DNA of 64,000 bases from Amphiscolops sp. MND2022 (Eukaryota). The number at the start of each line of letters is the position of its first letter. The first letter of the stretch is position 1. The stretch lies in NCBI GenBank assembly GCA_964187785.1, contig OZ076413.1, positions 42,100,001 to 42,164,000 of the forward strand, read 5' to 3'. Under the pieces are notes generated by a model, which was given only the letters and a program-made list of their open reading frames with translations, did not search any database and was not told the DNA's origin. This document shows, piece after piece, positions 52,153-64,000 of the stretch. Made by a program: the position numbers and the translations under genes.

Positions 52153-53025
52153 ATGGTTAATGAAGAATTGAGCAATGTAGATGCCGAAGTCACTGACGTG
52201 GAACTGCAATTGGACTCAGAGAAGCAATCACTACCTGGACTTAAATTTCAAGGCCAAACCCCTATTTCGACGAATATTGGAAAAAGATTGTGCTCCGAGC
52301 TCAGCCCTTTGACTGAAAGTGTAGATGACGTCCTCATGAATAAAATACAGGCACTCATAGAAAGTTCCTTAGCAACTTATTTGTCCAAGTTCATTGCTGA
52401 ACTGAGATTGACGATTGACCAGTCCATAAAGAGCCTAATCGCGGAGCACTTTAACTCATTCACAACGGAGATTAAGCAAGAAATTGACATACGTGAGAGA
52501 AATAATACCCTGAGAGGAAAGTGCGAAGCGGAAGTCCTCGAAACGTACAATCGGCGGGAAAATTTGCGGGTAGTGGGTATTGAGTGTGAAACAGAATACG
52601 AGCAGAATGAGGTTACGGAAACGAAGGTTCTAGATTTAGCGAAGAAAATTGAAGTCACAATGGCCAGCTCGGATATTTCCATTGCCCATCGACTACCCAC
52701 CAATAAACCGGGACCCAAACCCATTATCGTAAGATTTGCAAGGAGGATTGCTCGAATCAACATGCTGAGAAACCGAAAGAAGCTGCAAGCAAAAAAGATC
52801 AATGTGCGAATGTATGAAGATCTAACAACAGCACGTGTGCGTTTCTTCAATTCAATGAAATCAGACATACGGATCAGTAAATTGTGGACGAGAGACGGTA
52901 CAATTTATTTTGTCTGGAAAGACGATAATAAAACATATACCATTAACAACTTATATGATGGTGGCATATTTTTGGAGTATGACATTGCTGATGTTGAATA
53001 TTGCTTTCATATAACCAGAGAGTAG
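52153..53025 (+). CDS. LINE ORF1 (coiled coil plus RRM-like, Transposase_22/L1-ORF1-like), 290 aa
   Basis: YNRRENLRVVGI, DISIAHRLP, PIIVRF, YEDLT, WTRDGTIY. Confidence 0.85.
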   Translation: MVNEELSNVDAEVTDVELQLDSEKQSLPGLKFQGQTPISTNIGKRLCSELSPLTESVDDVLMNKIQALIESSLATYLSKFIAELRLTIDQSIKSLIAEHFNSFTTEIKQEIDIRERNNTLRGKCEAEVLETYNRRENLRVVGIECETEYEQNEVTETKVLDLAKKIEVTMASSDISIAHRLPTNKPGPKPIIVRFARRIARINMLRNRKKLQAKKINVRMYEDLTTARVRFFNSMKSDIRISKLWTRDGTIYFVWKDDNKTYTINNLYDGGIFLEYDIADVEYCFHITRE

Positions 53026-53127
53026 CAACCATTTAAATGTACACAAAAAGCATCACCAAAACGTGAACAGCGAGACAATAAAATACGTTCTCTTGGGTCA
53101 GGCGAAAGAAACAGTTGGGTCTTCCAC

Positions 53128-55963
53128 ATGAATGTGAGATCCATCAACTTTCACTTTGAAGAGCTTCAAGTACTAGTCGCTTCATTTAAAGTTCTACCAG
53201 TGGCAAATTGTCTAACTGAGACTTGGGGTAGCCAAGTTGATGACACCGATAGCCTTCTGCTAAATAAATACCAAAAGCCCTTACATATATCTCGAATTAA
53301 TAAAAAATAGCGGCGTCTTTATATATTTTCACGAAGACTACTCTGTAAAAGAAATACCAGTAGAGACAACTGTGGAAAATCTAACCTACAAACTTTCTCG
53401 AGAATCAGACCAATTCATACTTTCATGTATCTACAACGCACCCGCTGTGGGCGTCAAGAAATTCATTGCTGATATGGAAACTATACTCACCTTCCTGAAT
53501 GAATGCTCAGAGCTATCTTGCATTGTGGGAGATATGAACATCGATCTTTTAAAAGACTCACCTGAACACAGGCAATACATGTCTATTGTAAACGGAAACG
53601 GTTATACGCAACTGATAAATGAAGCAACTCGGATAACTGATAAATCAAAAACTCTCGTTGACCATGTTTTGATCAAAAAGTATGATGAAGGCATCGTGAG
53701 TAGTGCTGTGATCAACACAGCGATAACTGATCATTGCGCCACCTATGTAGAGCTACCATTTTAAACATCAAATCCACAGGCACCGAAACGGAGGAATATG
53801 GTTTTTCTTTATTCTAAAGATAAATTTAACGCTTTTTCTGAGAAGGTTGAAACTTTTTTCGATAACTCCTGGCGAGCTGATATTGAAAACATCTCAGACA
53901 AGTGCTCCTTCTTGATATCTGATCTAAACTTGATCATTGATGAATTTTCAAAGATTGATACACCCAGAAGGAAATCGAATTCTCCGCCCTGGTATAATAA
54001 CTATCTCAGAAATTTGATAATTAAAAGAAAAAAACTTTACTTGAAGTACACCCTCGATAGATCTAAAATATCGTATAATGGCTTTCGGTTATATAGAACA
54101 AAAGTTTTAAAAGCTATCAAAAAAGAGAAGAGAATTTACTATGATAACTTATTTAACAATGGTCTCAAGGACAAGCGGGAGTTTTTCCGTAACCTCAACA
54201 ATGTCACTGGTAGAACTTATAAACATACTATAAAAAAGATAATTAGCGATGAACATGAATACGAAAAGCCTGAAGAGATTGTTGAGAAGTTCAATGAGTA
54301 TTTCTCAACACTTGGACAAACAATAAATCAACAAATAGAGAATTGTACTGAAAGTTATTCGATAAATGAAACTGAATTCTCGATGTTTCTAAAATCCACC
54401 AACATTCCTGAAGTCAAGAAAGTAATCGATAACTTGAACGCTCATAAATCAGCGGGTATAGATGGAATTCCGGCAGATGTCATCAAGAATTGTAGTGATA
54501 TTTTTGCTCCTCTTCTAACAAGTTTGATCAATCTATCATTCTCTCAAGGAACATTCCCAAGCTGCTTAAAAATAGCTAGAGTTATACCTATTAGCAAAGG
54601 AAATGATAAGACTGATATGAACAATTACCGACCAATCTCCTTACTATCTGTAGTATCCAAGGTTTTCGAGAGAGTAATGTACTCTCGAATCATAAGCTTT
54701 CTGGAAAAGTTTCACCTGCTAAATGATTCTCAATTTGGGTTTCGATCTAAGAGATCATGTGTTGATGCAATAGCACACATCGTGGAGAAAGTAAGAGAGG
54801 ACCACCACAAAACCTTTTATACCTGTATTTTTCTTGACTTGAAAAAAGCTTTCGACACAGTGGATCATACACGATTACTTTAGAAAATCTACAATATAGG
54901 TATCAGAGGAAAAGCTTTTTACTGGCTCCAATCTTGCCTGCAAGGTAGAACTCAAGTAGTATCTATAAAAAATTGTTCGTCTCAAGTGCGTGACATCAAT
55001 TACGGAGTCCCCCAAGGATCAATTCTAGGTCCTCTGTTGTTCATAAAATATATCAATGATATAATATCTGTCTGTGATAAAATCCAGCCTACATTGTTTG
55101 CAGATGATACAAACCTTCTAATTTCTATGGAAAAAGCTGCCATCACCGAATTCGCTAATGATATGGAACTGAATAGAATTGACATGTGGCTAAAAGTTAA
55201 TAAATTATCTCTTAATCTCGATAAGACTCATTGTATGCCCTTTAAGAAAAAAAATTGTTGTGATGATTTCACTATGGGATCTGAAACGATCAAAGTAACT
55301 AGCGCAGTCAAGTATTTGGGAGTGTGGATTGATGAGAATCTAAAATTTTGCGAACATGTGGACTATCTTTTGAAAAAATTAGGTAAACACCTCGGAGTAG
55401 TTGCTAGATTAAGACATTTTGTGTCAAAGAACGTGTTATTCAATTATTACAACTTCTATGTGAAACCGGTCTTAAAGTACGGATTGCTTATCTATGGAGG
55501 AAATTCTTTTTCTAATTTGGACAAATTGAGTTTCTACCAACGTAAAATGATCAGATTGATCTTGTTCAAGAAACGGAATGCTAGCATAGAAACTGACATG
55601 ATTAAATATAATGTACTCTCGTTGACTCAATTGTATTTCTACGACTTGATCAAATTTGCATTACGAAGCGTGAGAAACGAACTATCTTCTGAGTTTTTAA
55701 ATAATTTGTATACACGTGCCAATTCAAGAGCAACTCGAATGCAGTCCGCATGTAAATATTTGATCCCCAAAGGAAAAAACAACTGGGACAATTTTTCTTT
55801 GAAAACCCGTGGAACTAAACTTCTAAACTTCATGATAGATCAGAAACTTGTTCCTGATAACTTATGGGACCTCAGTCAGTACGAATTCAATTGTGAAATC
55901 CACAAATTCAAAGATTTTTTGAAACTAATCCTCGATGAAAATCTACGTATGATCTTGAAGTGA
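53128..55963 (+). pseudogene. LINE ORF2 (APE endonuclease plus RT), disrupted
   Basis: APE: NVRSI, CLTETW, IYNAP, VGDMNIDLL, VDH, TDH. RT: YRPISLL, QFGFR, FLDLKKAFDTVDH, GVPQGSILGP, FADD. Stops or frameshifts near 53310, 53764 and 54883. Confidence 0.92.
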
Positions 55964-58900
55964 AATACGTCGAAATAGTTTAATCTTTATTGTATGAAGT
56001 GCTTCTTTATAACACATCCTAACTTATGTTTGAACCCCTGAGTGTATATATATGATTCTGAGGCATATCGTTAAATATGAATAACTTCCTTGTTTAATTT
56101 CCAATCGATGTCAACCATGGAGTGTGAAGTACTCCACTTGCTTCTGCCACCTGATGCAAAAAATCCCGCGTTAGAGTTCTTGGGGGTCTATATCTTTGCT
56201 CCCCGTGAGCATCGAAGACTCCTGGGCCAGTAAAGTCGGGCATCAGGTGTGCAGAAGCCGCTAAAAAAACTAGCACAGCAAGGGTCTGAGATACGAGTTT
56301 TCAACAATTTGTTTTCAGTTTCTGTACTCTTATGATCTTCGAATTGCTTTACGGTCTCCCTTCAAACGCGGAAGTGGACTGAAATAAGGTAACCCTAACC
56401 AGGAACTCAAACAAAATCGTCTATATAGCCTTTTTAAAATGTAAATTTTCTCCATAAATTCCATTTAATTTCTTATTTAGTGAAACTAACATACTAAAAT
56501 TAATTACAAAAACTCCGAAACTTGAAATACGGGATCCAGCTTAGATGGCATGAACTTGCCTTTCTGGTTCCCCTCCAACACCAGCTACTCTCTGGCTACT
56601 ATTGATTCAATCTATATTAATTGGTGATTGGAGAAACGTTAAATAATAATAATAAATAATAATAATTTTGAACAGTCTCATAGTGCCGAAAAATGTAACA
56701 GGGATTTGTTAACACCCATTCTGTTGAAAAATATCAAAAAATGAAGGGGGAGCCTTAGAAGACATGAAAAATGTTCAAAAAAATAGAGTGCCAAAAAAAA
56801 TCGAAAGGGGGGCCTTTTACTTTGGACTGGTTTTGCATTTCATCTTTGGATGCGTTCAAAATCAAGTACTAAGTACTTATCGGAAAAGTGCATCGTGCAC
56901 AAGAAATGCATTCATAGTGAGACTGACAAAAAATAGTCACTGTAACAGCCAGGCACTTTTCCTTTAATCGAAAAGCGCCGACTAAAATGAATACTTTTGA
57001 CAATTATGTTTCAAATGTTTTTAGTCGGCGCTTTTTACTAGTAAAAAGTGGAAGATTCTTGGAGTGGCGGAGTTTTTTTCGTCAGCCATCTTGTAACGCC
57101 CACTTTTATAAAATTTCATAAATTTCAACTCGAGACCGACACCCGACAAGACCACTTGGCGTGGTGTATAAATGCGTGACTGTGAAGCCTGAGAAACAAA
57201 AGTGTCTGGGTTCAAGTCCAGCGCTAAACCAGGTTTTGTTATGCTTTCAACGGTAGAGGTAAGTCCAAAAGGTCCCACCTTTGTAGTTTTTCCGGTAATG
57301 TGACTTTTTTCTGATATTTTAACCAGAATCCGCGCCCTCGATTTTCGTCAGAAAAAAAGCGTTTTACGAATAGAGGGCCACCTCAGGTATTTTTAGCACT
57401 ACTTCCACCAAGGTTTTTTCATCAAGTTTTTGATCTAATGAATCTCGGAGTATGACCAAAACTTGAAGTTACAAATTTCATCCAAGAAGCAGCTTTTGTC
57501 GAAATATTTACTCTGGTTGAGAAACAAAGCGAGTCTTGCAACGATCTCGCAACATCTTAGCTTCTAAGTATTCCTTGAAAGATCTTGCAAGTAAAAGTTA
57601 TCCTTGCCAGATCTTGCGAGGGAAGCATTGTTATAAAGAAGGATATCGATAGTATACATTAGCACATTTAGTGATGACAAAGATGCATAAGTTTCAAGCT
57701 TCTTTAGGGATTTTTCATGAATTGGTCCAAAAAACGATAATCTCAGCACCACAGCGTCTCAAAAACTGCGAAACTATTCATTAAATCATGCCAGTGGATT
57801 TGTTAACAAAAATTTCAATGATCAAGACAACGAAAGGCTATGCTTCGCATAAATTTGAATAACAGTAATTTCACTTTCCATTCAAACAAATTTCTTGGCA
57901 CGAAAGAACGGTATAGACTACTCCGACACAACCAGTATTTTCAAAATGTTTTTCTCTCAAGTGGACATCAAGTTCACTGTTCGAAATCCATTACCTCAAG
58001 TTCTGCTAATTTCTGCATCCTGGAATTCAATCAAATAACAAAAACATTTTTTGTTCCTTATCCAAACCTTTGAAGGGACTCATGAATAAAAAAATAGCTC
58101 CTGTCACGGAAAAAAACTAAATCACTAGGAACTTTGTTTTCAGAATTTCAAAAAAAAAGATTAATTGAATGTTACTGAATGTTTTCAAAAGGGAATAGAT
58201 TTAAATGCATAATTTATGAGAAAACGTTGAAACAGAAGAAGCTATTGATAGGAGAGAAAAAGTGTAAACATGTAAAAGCGAATATTTTTTCTGATTTTTC
58301 TGATCAGCAGTTTCATACCCAGCAACTTTCTTTTGCATGTTTCGAAGCATCCTTGGTGAAATCAAACAATACTAGAACGACGCTGGCAGAAAATAAACTC
58401 CAGAAAAAACTCTGGCAAGAAGTTCGGATAGTATATGCGATATAGATTATAAATGATATCTTGTAAACCTCTACATACGCGCTAAGGAGATATAAACGAC
58501 ATAAAAACAGCCGGTATTCGACTCAACTATTGTTGCTCAAGATTAAAAAAGTAGCACACCCCTCAAACCCCTAATACGCTGTGACGAATGTGGTAAACCC
58601 TAATTTTTTTCACGTTATTCAGAAATTGCCATGTGTAAAAAAAATTAAGTTTGGAGTAAATAAAGAATCCGGTTAGATACAAACACCCGCTTTAAGCATA
58701 TATCCGAAGAAAAAGAAAATATATCCAAACTATGTACGCTCTGAAAACTCAACTACCACTCTCATTTGTTTAAGGAAACTTTATCACTCTCAAGGCTACC
58801 TGCCATTTGGTACTTTAGAGTTAAAATGCAGAGACCGGCCCAAGTCAGCGCCCCGCTCAGAGTTCAAAAAGAGTGTTTTAAATATGCAGAAGGACACAAT

Positions 58901-59649
58901 TGTGAAAAGTGCCATCAAAGTTGTAGTACACAAAAGTACCCAATGTGCTACCTATAAGACTCGAAATCGCTTTTTCCCAGCTGGAAACATCAAAAATTGA
59001 GAAATTAGTCTTTTTTTCGAAAAGGTTTTTCTCTGGTAAAACGTTATACAGTGCCGGAAAACACAAAAGGAGACCATTTAGGCTCTCAGAACGCTTTTTG
59101 AAAACCAAAAACTATTTATCAACTGAAGAGTGTATCCTTTGACCAAATGGAATTTTTTTCTAAAAAAAAAGAGTCAAAGTGCCGAAAAACCCTTTGGTCT
59201 GCCCTCTTCTTTTGCAAGTATAAACGTCTCTTAGTCCAACGCGGAATTCGAACCCACGGATATCTGACTCCCATGATGTCGAGACTGCTGGAATGTATTT
59301 CATGCTGCAGTCCTGTATGCAGGATATATTTTTTGAAAAAACAAAGAAAATTGAGTAAGCCTCGGTGGTAAATAGTGTAAAATTACACTGCAGCTCACAC
59401 TAGTGCAACTAAATTATAAAAACATTTTTCACCGCGTGAAATTAGAACTGCATCATCACGGAACAGAATTTTGACACCGCTAATCAGCGATTTAGCGAAT
59501 TAGCGGCCGCGCGGAATTTTTTTCAGCGATTCAAATTAGCGGAAACTAAAAAGTTTATTTCAAACTAAAAGTTTCAAAGTTTATTTCAAAAATTCCAACT
59601 TTTACCTCCGTAAACCCGGTATGAAAATGACTCCATTCTACTCTTCAAC

Positions 59650-60470
59650 TTACTCTTTAACATTCTAAGCCACCAAGTTTTTCGAAAAGTACACAAAAAC
59701 TGCATAAAAATTTTAAAAATTTGTTTTCTTGTATTTTTGTCACTTTCGGTCTGAATTTGATGCATTTTTTCAACACCAATTGCTTTTATCTCTCAAAAGA
59801 AGCCTCCACGACAACTAAATTGTTCCTTTTTGGACATCTTTAACATTCTAAGACACCAAGTCTTTCGAAAAGTACACAAAAATTGAATAAAACTTTCAAA
59901 AATCTGAATTTTCAAGTATTTTGTCAATTTCGGTCCAAATTTGATGCATTTTTTAACACAAATTGCTTTTATCTCTTCAAGGAAGCCTCCTGGACAACGA
60001 ATCTTATCTTTTCCTTGTTTGACGTCTTTGACATTCTAAGCCACCAAGTTTTTCGAAAAAAAGACAAAATATGCATGAAATTTTCAAAAATCTGAAGTTT
60101 CTGGGATTTTTGTCATTTTCGGTCTGAATTTGAGGCATTTTTACAAATCAAATTGCATTATAACTTCGACAACGCCTCTTGGACAACAAAATCTTTCCTT
60201 GTTGAATGTTTTTAACTTTCTAAGCTAGCAAGTGTATCAAAAATTTGACAAAAATTGCATAAAAACGGTAATAATCCGAACTTCTGAATTTTCGAGTATT
60301 TTTGTCAATTTGGGTCTAAATTTGAGGCATTTTTTCATTAAAAAATTGCATTTATTTTTTTGAAAAGCCTCTTGGATAACAATTTTTTTCTCTTTGGATT
60401 GTTTTCAACATTCAAAGCCAGGAAATTTATCGATAATTTGACAAAAATTGCATAAAATTGGAAAATTTTG
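59650..60470. repeat. Diverged ~185-bp tandem repeat, ~4.5 units
   Basis: acattctaagccaccaagtttttcgaaaa-like motif recurs near 59660, 59840, 60030, 60215 and 60405. Confidence 0.85.
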
Positions 60471-62187
60471 CAGTTTTTACTATTTTTGGGGTCATTTTTG
60501 GGTCATTCTGGGGTTTTTGGGGTCAATAAAAAAATTCAAAAATCTCGACAAATACATACCGCATGATACTAAATTTACATCAGTTGAATTCTATGGGTGA
60601 AACCCTTTAGCTAGGATATAATGTAATTCTTGGCAAATTTTGTAAAAAAACCGTTTTATTTAAATATTTTCCTTTTCCATATGAAATATGGACGGAAAAT
60701 AAAAAATGTTGGTGTCAACTTTAAGAACATACAGAAAATTTAAGCAGTTTCAACAAGGGCAGTCATGCACTCATCCCGTAGGCCATGTGACGCTGATCCA
60801 CTGGGTCTAAATGGAATTGAAGTTAAAGAAGTGTTCATAGAAAAGTGTCAGATCGCTGGTCTTCAAATAAAGTGCCGACTAAAAATTTACAAATTATTCG
60901 CGAGAGTTGGCGCGTCAGGGTGAGCTGGAGAAAGAAAACGAACAACTACAAGTTTGGCATCTTGTTGGAAAGCGTCGGCTCAAAAACTATTGAATTCAAA
61001 AACTAGTACAATTATATTTGTTGCTTCAACTCCAAATTCCATTAAAATAGCTCGAATTGATAGACAAAGGCTGACCTTTTATAATAGACAATATAATATT
61101 GTATGATCAAATCCGTAAATTGCCGCATTTTATTCATTCAGGAAAAAGGAAGAAACGACTGAGAATTTTTAGAAATTCTTGGAGCAATTGAAATCGGAAA
61201 TTTTCAAATTGATTCTTCCTTCATAATGGCAGGAAATTTTTTATGTTGAATGGTTTTGTTTCCTGCCATCAGAAAAAAAGAACTTTTAACAACTATTATA
61301 AAACTAGAATGAAGATTTACTTTGAAGTAAATAACAGTAGTACTACTAAAAAGCAGTTATGTAATAACTTCATTGAACAAAACCAATTGGTAAAACAAAG
61401 TCATGATTACGTCAAAGATAAAAGACGTAAACACAGAATCGACACGCTAAATCTGTTTGATACAAAATCACTTTCAATAAAATTCTGGAAAATCGTCAAG
61501 TTAAACTTCTGAAATTACCGTAGTTGGCTCAATAAAAGGCATTACCTTCAACAGAGCTAACCAAGCATACGAACACTTGAAAAAATCAGAAGCAAACTTC
61601 GTAGCTGCCTCCTTTGCCAAGATGTTACCAAGGCTACAATGGTTATGTAAATTCATGCTCAAGAGCTCCATGTTTCACCATGGAGTAAAGTCTGAGTAAT
61701 CACGATTGCAGTGATTGATTACAATTTGATTAGTATTAGTTCATTGGTAGATATACAAAATCTTGCAGGAAAAAATTTCGTCAATCTTAGAATCTAGATT
61801 CATATGAAAATTTGAACATATCATGTAAAATACCTTCAACGGAGCCTTGAAGAATATTTTTAATATAGAGTTCGTTGGGGACTTCAGACAAAAGTAGATC
61901 TCAGACAATGAAACCGATTACAGCGACACTACTTTTTAAAAGACATTTTTGACACTTGGCTCTGTTTCTTTTCATTGAAAACTTCTCCAGTAAGGACCTA
62001 AATTTCAAAATGTTCCAAAAATTGAAGACTATTTGTTCCCTTGAGTGTTACTAAATCAAAATTTTCCCATTCAATTGAAATGATCGAACTGGTAATGCCT
62101 AAACATCTGGTGATGCCTTTGAGTTGTACCAACGCGGCTTTGAGGATCGCTGGGAGCTTTTAGTTGTTTTTCACACATGTCGTTCAG

Positions 62188-62293
62188 ACGGAAGTCGGCC
62201 ACGATCAACGACTACAACTCGGATGAAATGTCGGCTCAGTTCTCGGCTACAGCCCCCCTGTACAACGGGCAACTTAACTTCTCGGTCGACAAA
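62188..62293 (+). other. Possible isolated coding exon of an unidentified gene
   Basis: GC-richer island bounded by ttcAG and GTGAGT, with open frame RKSATINDYNSDEMSAQFSATAPLYNGQLNFSVDK. No partner exon established. Confidence 0.3.
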
Positions 62294-64000
62294 GTGAGTC
62301 ACTTAAAAGCGCAGCCCTCTTTAAAATTTTGCAAAATTCTGACAGCTCAGTCCTGAAAACTTAGCTACGGTATATAGTCAACATCTGAGGTTTTTATACG
62401 ATTATCGTACGAAACAAACCATGTTCATCTTCGGAATCTCACGGATTTCCACAATTTGTTGGAATTGAATAGTCAATAGTATTATATTAAATCAGCAACT
62501 AGCAAAAACTTCACCTCAGATAAAGCAATTCTCACACCTTTCCCAAAGACAGTAAAACTCACTTTATAAAAACTCGCGTAGTGTAGCTTCGAACCCACGT
62601 GCTTCGCGAAAAATCAGCAAGAGAGCGTGACTTAACACTGAGAGAAAGATTATGAAAAACATGTTTGTCTAATTTTTTGGCGGGCTTTTTGACAACCAGA
62701 AGCCCAAGAATATTCTATATAGGAAGTAGAATATGGATGTTACAAGCACGCAAACTTTAAAACGATGACCTTGAATTTTAAGATAGCCACAGAGTGTCTT
62801 AGATTTCCTATATTACGCGCGTACTTTGAATCAAAACAATGGCGCCGAAATATGATCTCAATAATTTTTCTTAAAAAAGGGGACCCTTGGCCCTTTTGGT
62901 AGTTTCCTAGATCTTAGTAAAATGTGGAAAACTCAAAGGTAGGACTTTTAGGTCTTCGTTACCACGATGCAAAAATCTCTTTGAACAACTGAATTGGTAC
63001 GAAAAATCACATAGTTTTTCAATTGAAAACCAGGAACGGCACAAGTTGGCGCCCCACTTAAAACTCAAACTGAGCAAACGTACTTCCAAGCGTCGGGTAA
63101 TCTTTTTAAAAATCCCAATCTGACAGTGCCAACAAAACCAAATGGGGGGACTCTTTACGATTAAAAGGGATTTTTGCCTTTTTTATTACCAAAAATACAA
63201 AAAAAGCAAAACTTTCTTGCCTGTTTCATCACTAGAAATATCAAAGAACCAAAGCGAGAACTTTTTGTGCTAAAAATCTGTCCCAGAAAAGTCGCACAGT
63301 GCGGAAAAATCCAGAGATGATCTGTTCTGACAGAAGTTGATGTTCATCTGTACGGTTTGAAATCTCTTTCAACAATATGATGCAGTCTAAAATATCGAAT
63401 GAAAGGATTCAAGTAAATATCAAAGATTAAATATCAAATTCTATTCTTTTGAAAAGCAGTTGCCGACGAAAACTGGCAAACAAAAATAAATTCAGTGATT
63501 CTGGAAGTTTGAATTGCGCGCTAATAGAAAAAGTTTTTTAGTACGTTCATAACATGACATTTTTCAGGCTTTTCCAGTTTTCTGGCCCGGAAACACAATT
63601 GCTGGATGTTTCGAGCCAGAGATGGATGCTCGAATAGCCCTGGTACTCATTGCTTTCTACAAGGGCGGCAAAATTCACGTGACCCAAGGTATCTTGTACT
63701 TTTTTCAACCGGTCTCAAGTTTTTGCATTATTCAATTCGCTCTTCTCAAAGTTTGACAATTGAACTTCAATTAGATGACGGCAAATGAAAGTGATTATTT
63801 TTATCTGCCCCCGTCCAAGTCAGAAATTTGCTACCATTTGAAAAAAAACCTATATCTATGGTTTTAATTTTTTTCAATTTCATTCGATTTTAATTCGAAA
63901 AAAGGTAATACATAGAACCTCCTTATTCAACATTTTTGTCATTTTGATGAGCTTTTGATGCAAGCATCTTGGAACGAAATTTTTAAGAATTTAAAACTTT

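Larger units (their letters stand above)
52101..56667 (+). mobile_element. Full-length but decayed CR1-group LINE
   Basis: ORF1, broken ORF2, ~0.7-kb 3' UTR and a (TAA)n tail at ~56640-56667. Inserted into a family-A element whose halves flank it. Confidence 0.9.

Overview
AT-rich, repeat-dense eukaryotic (probably invertebrate animal) genomic DNA, not prokaryotic. The centrepiece is an intact, apparently very young 15.3-kb Ty3/Gypsy LTR retrotransposon (22029-37347). It has 1200-bp LTRs that look identical by eye, a GTGTG target-site duplication, a tRNA-Leu-like PBS, a PPT, and gag/pol joined by an A-AAA-AAC -1 frameshift site. Where env would sit, it carries a 7-exon ANTISENSE gene of about 1170 codons. 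By motif reading, this gene is a BED-finger, catalytically degenerate hAT-transposase derivative. The LTRs and 3' non-coding region also carry repeated fixed-spacing dyad sites (GACTG-N7-CAGTC). Together these suggest a retrotransposon-encoded regulator with its own operators; this link is inference. The element lies in the last intron of a + strand secreted LRR-protein gene (7 exons). That gene appears to be nested in an intron of the - strand DRC7 gene, of which 5 exons are seen. Other content: a decayed full-length CR1-type LINE, a 5'-truncated LINE, many Helentron/HINE-like non-autonomous elements, MITEs, tandem repeats and long palindromes. All calls are by-eye pattern reading; no database searches were run.
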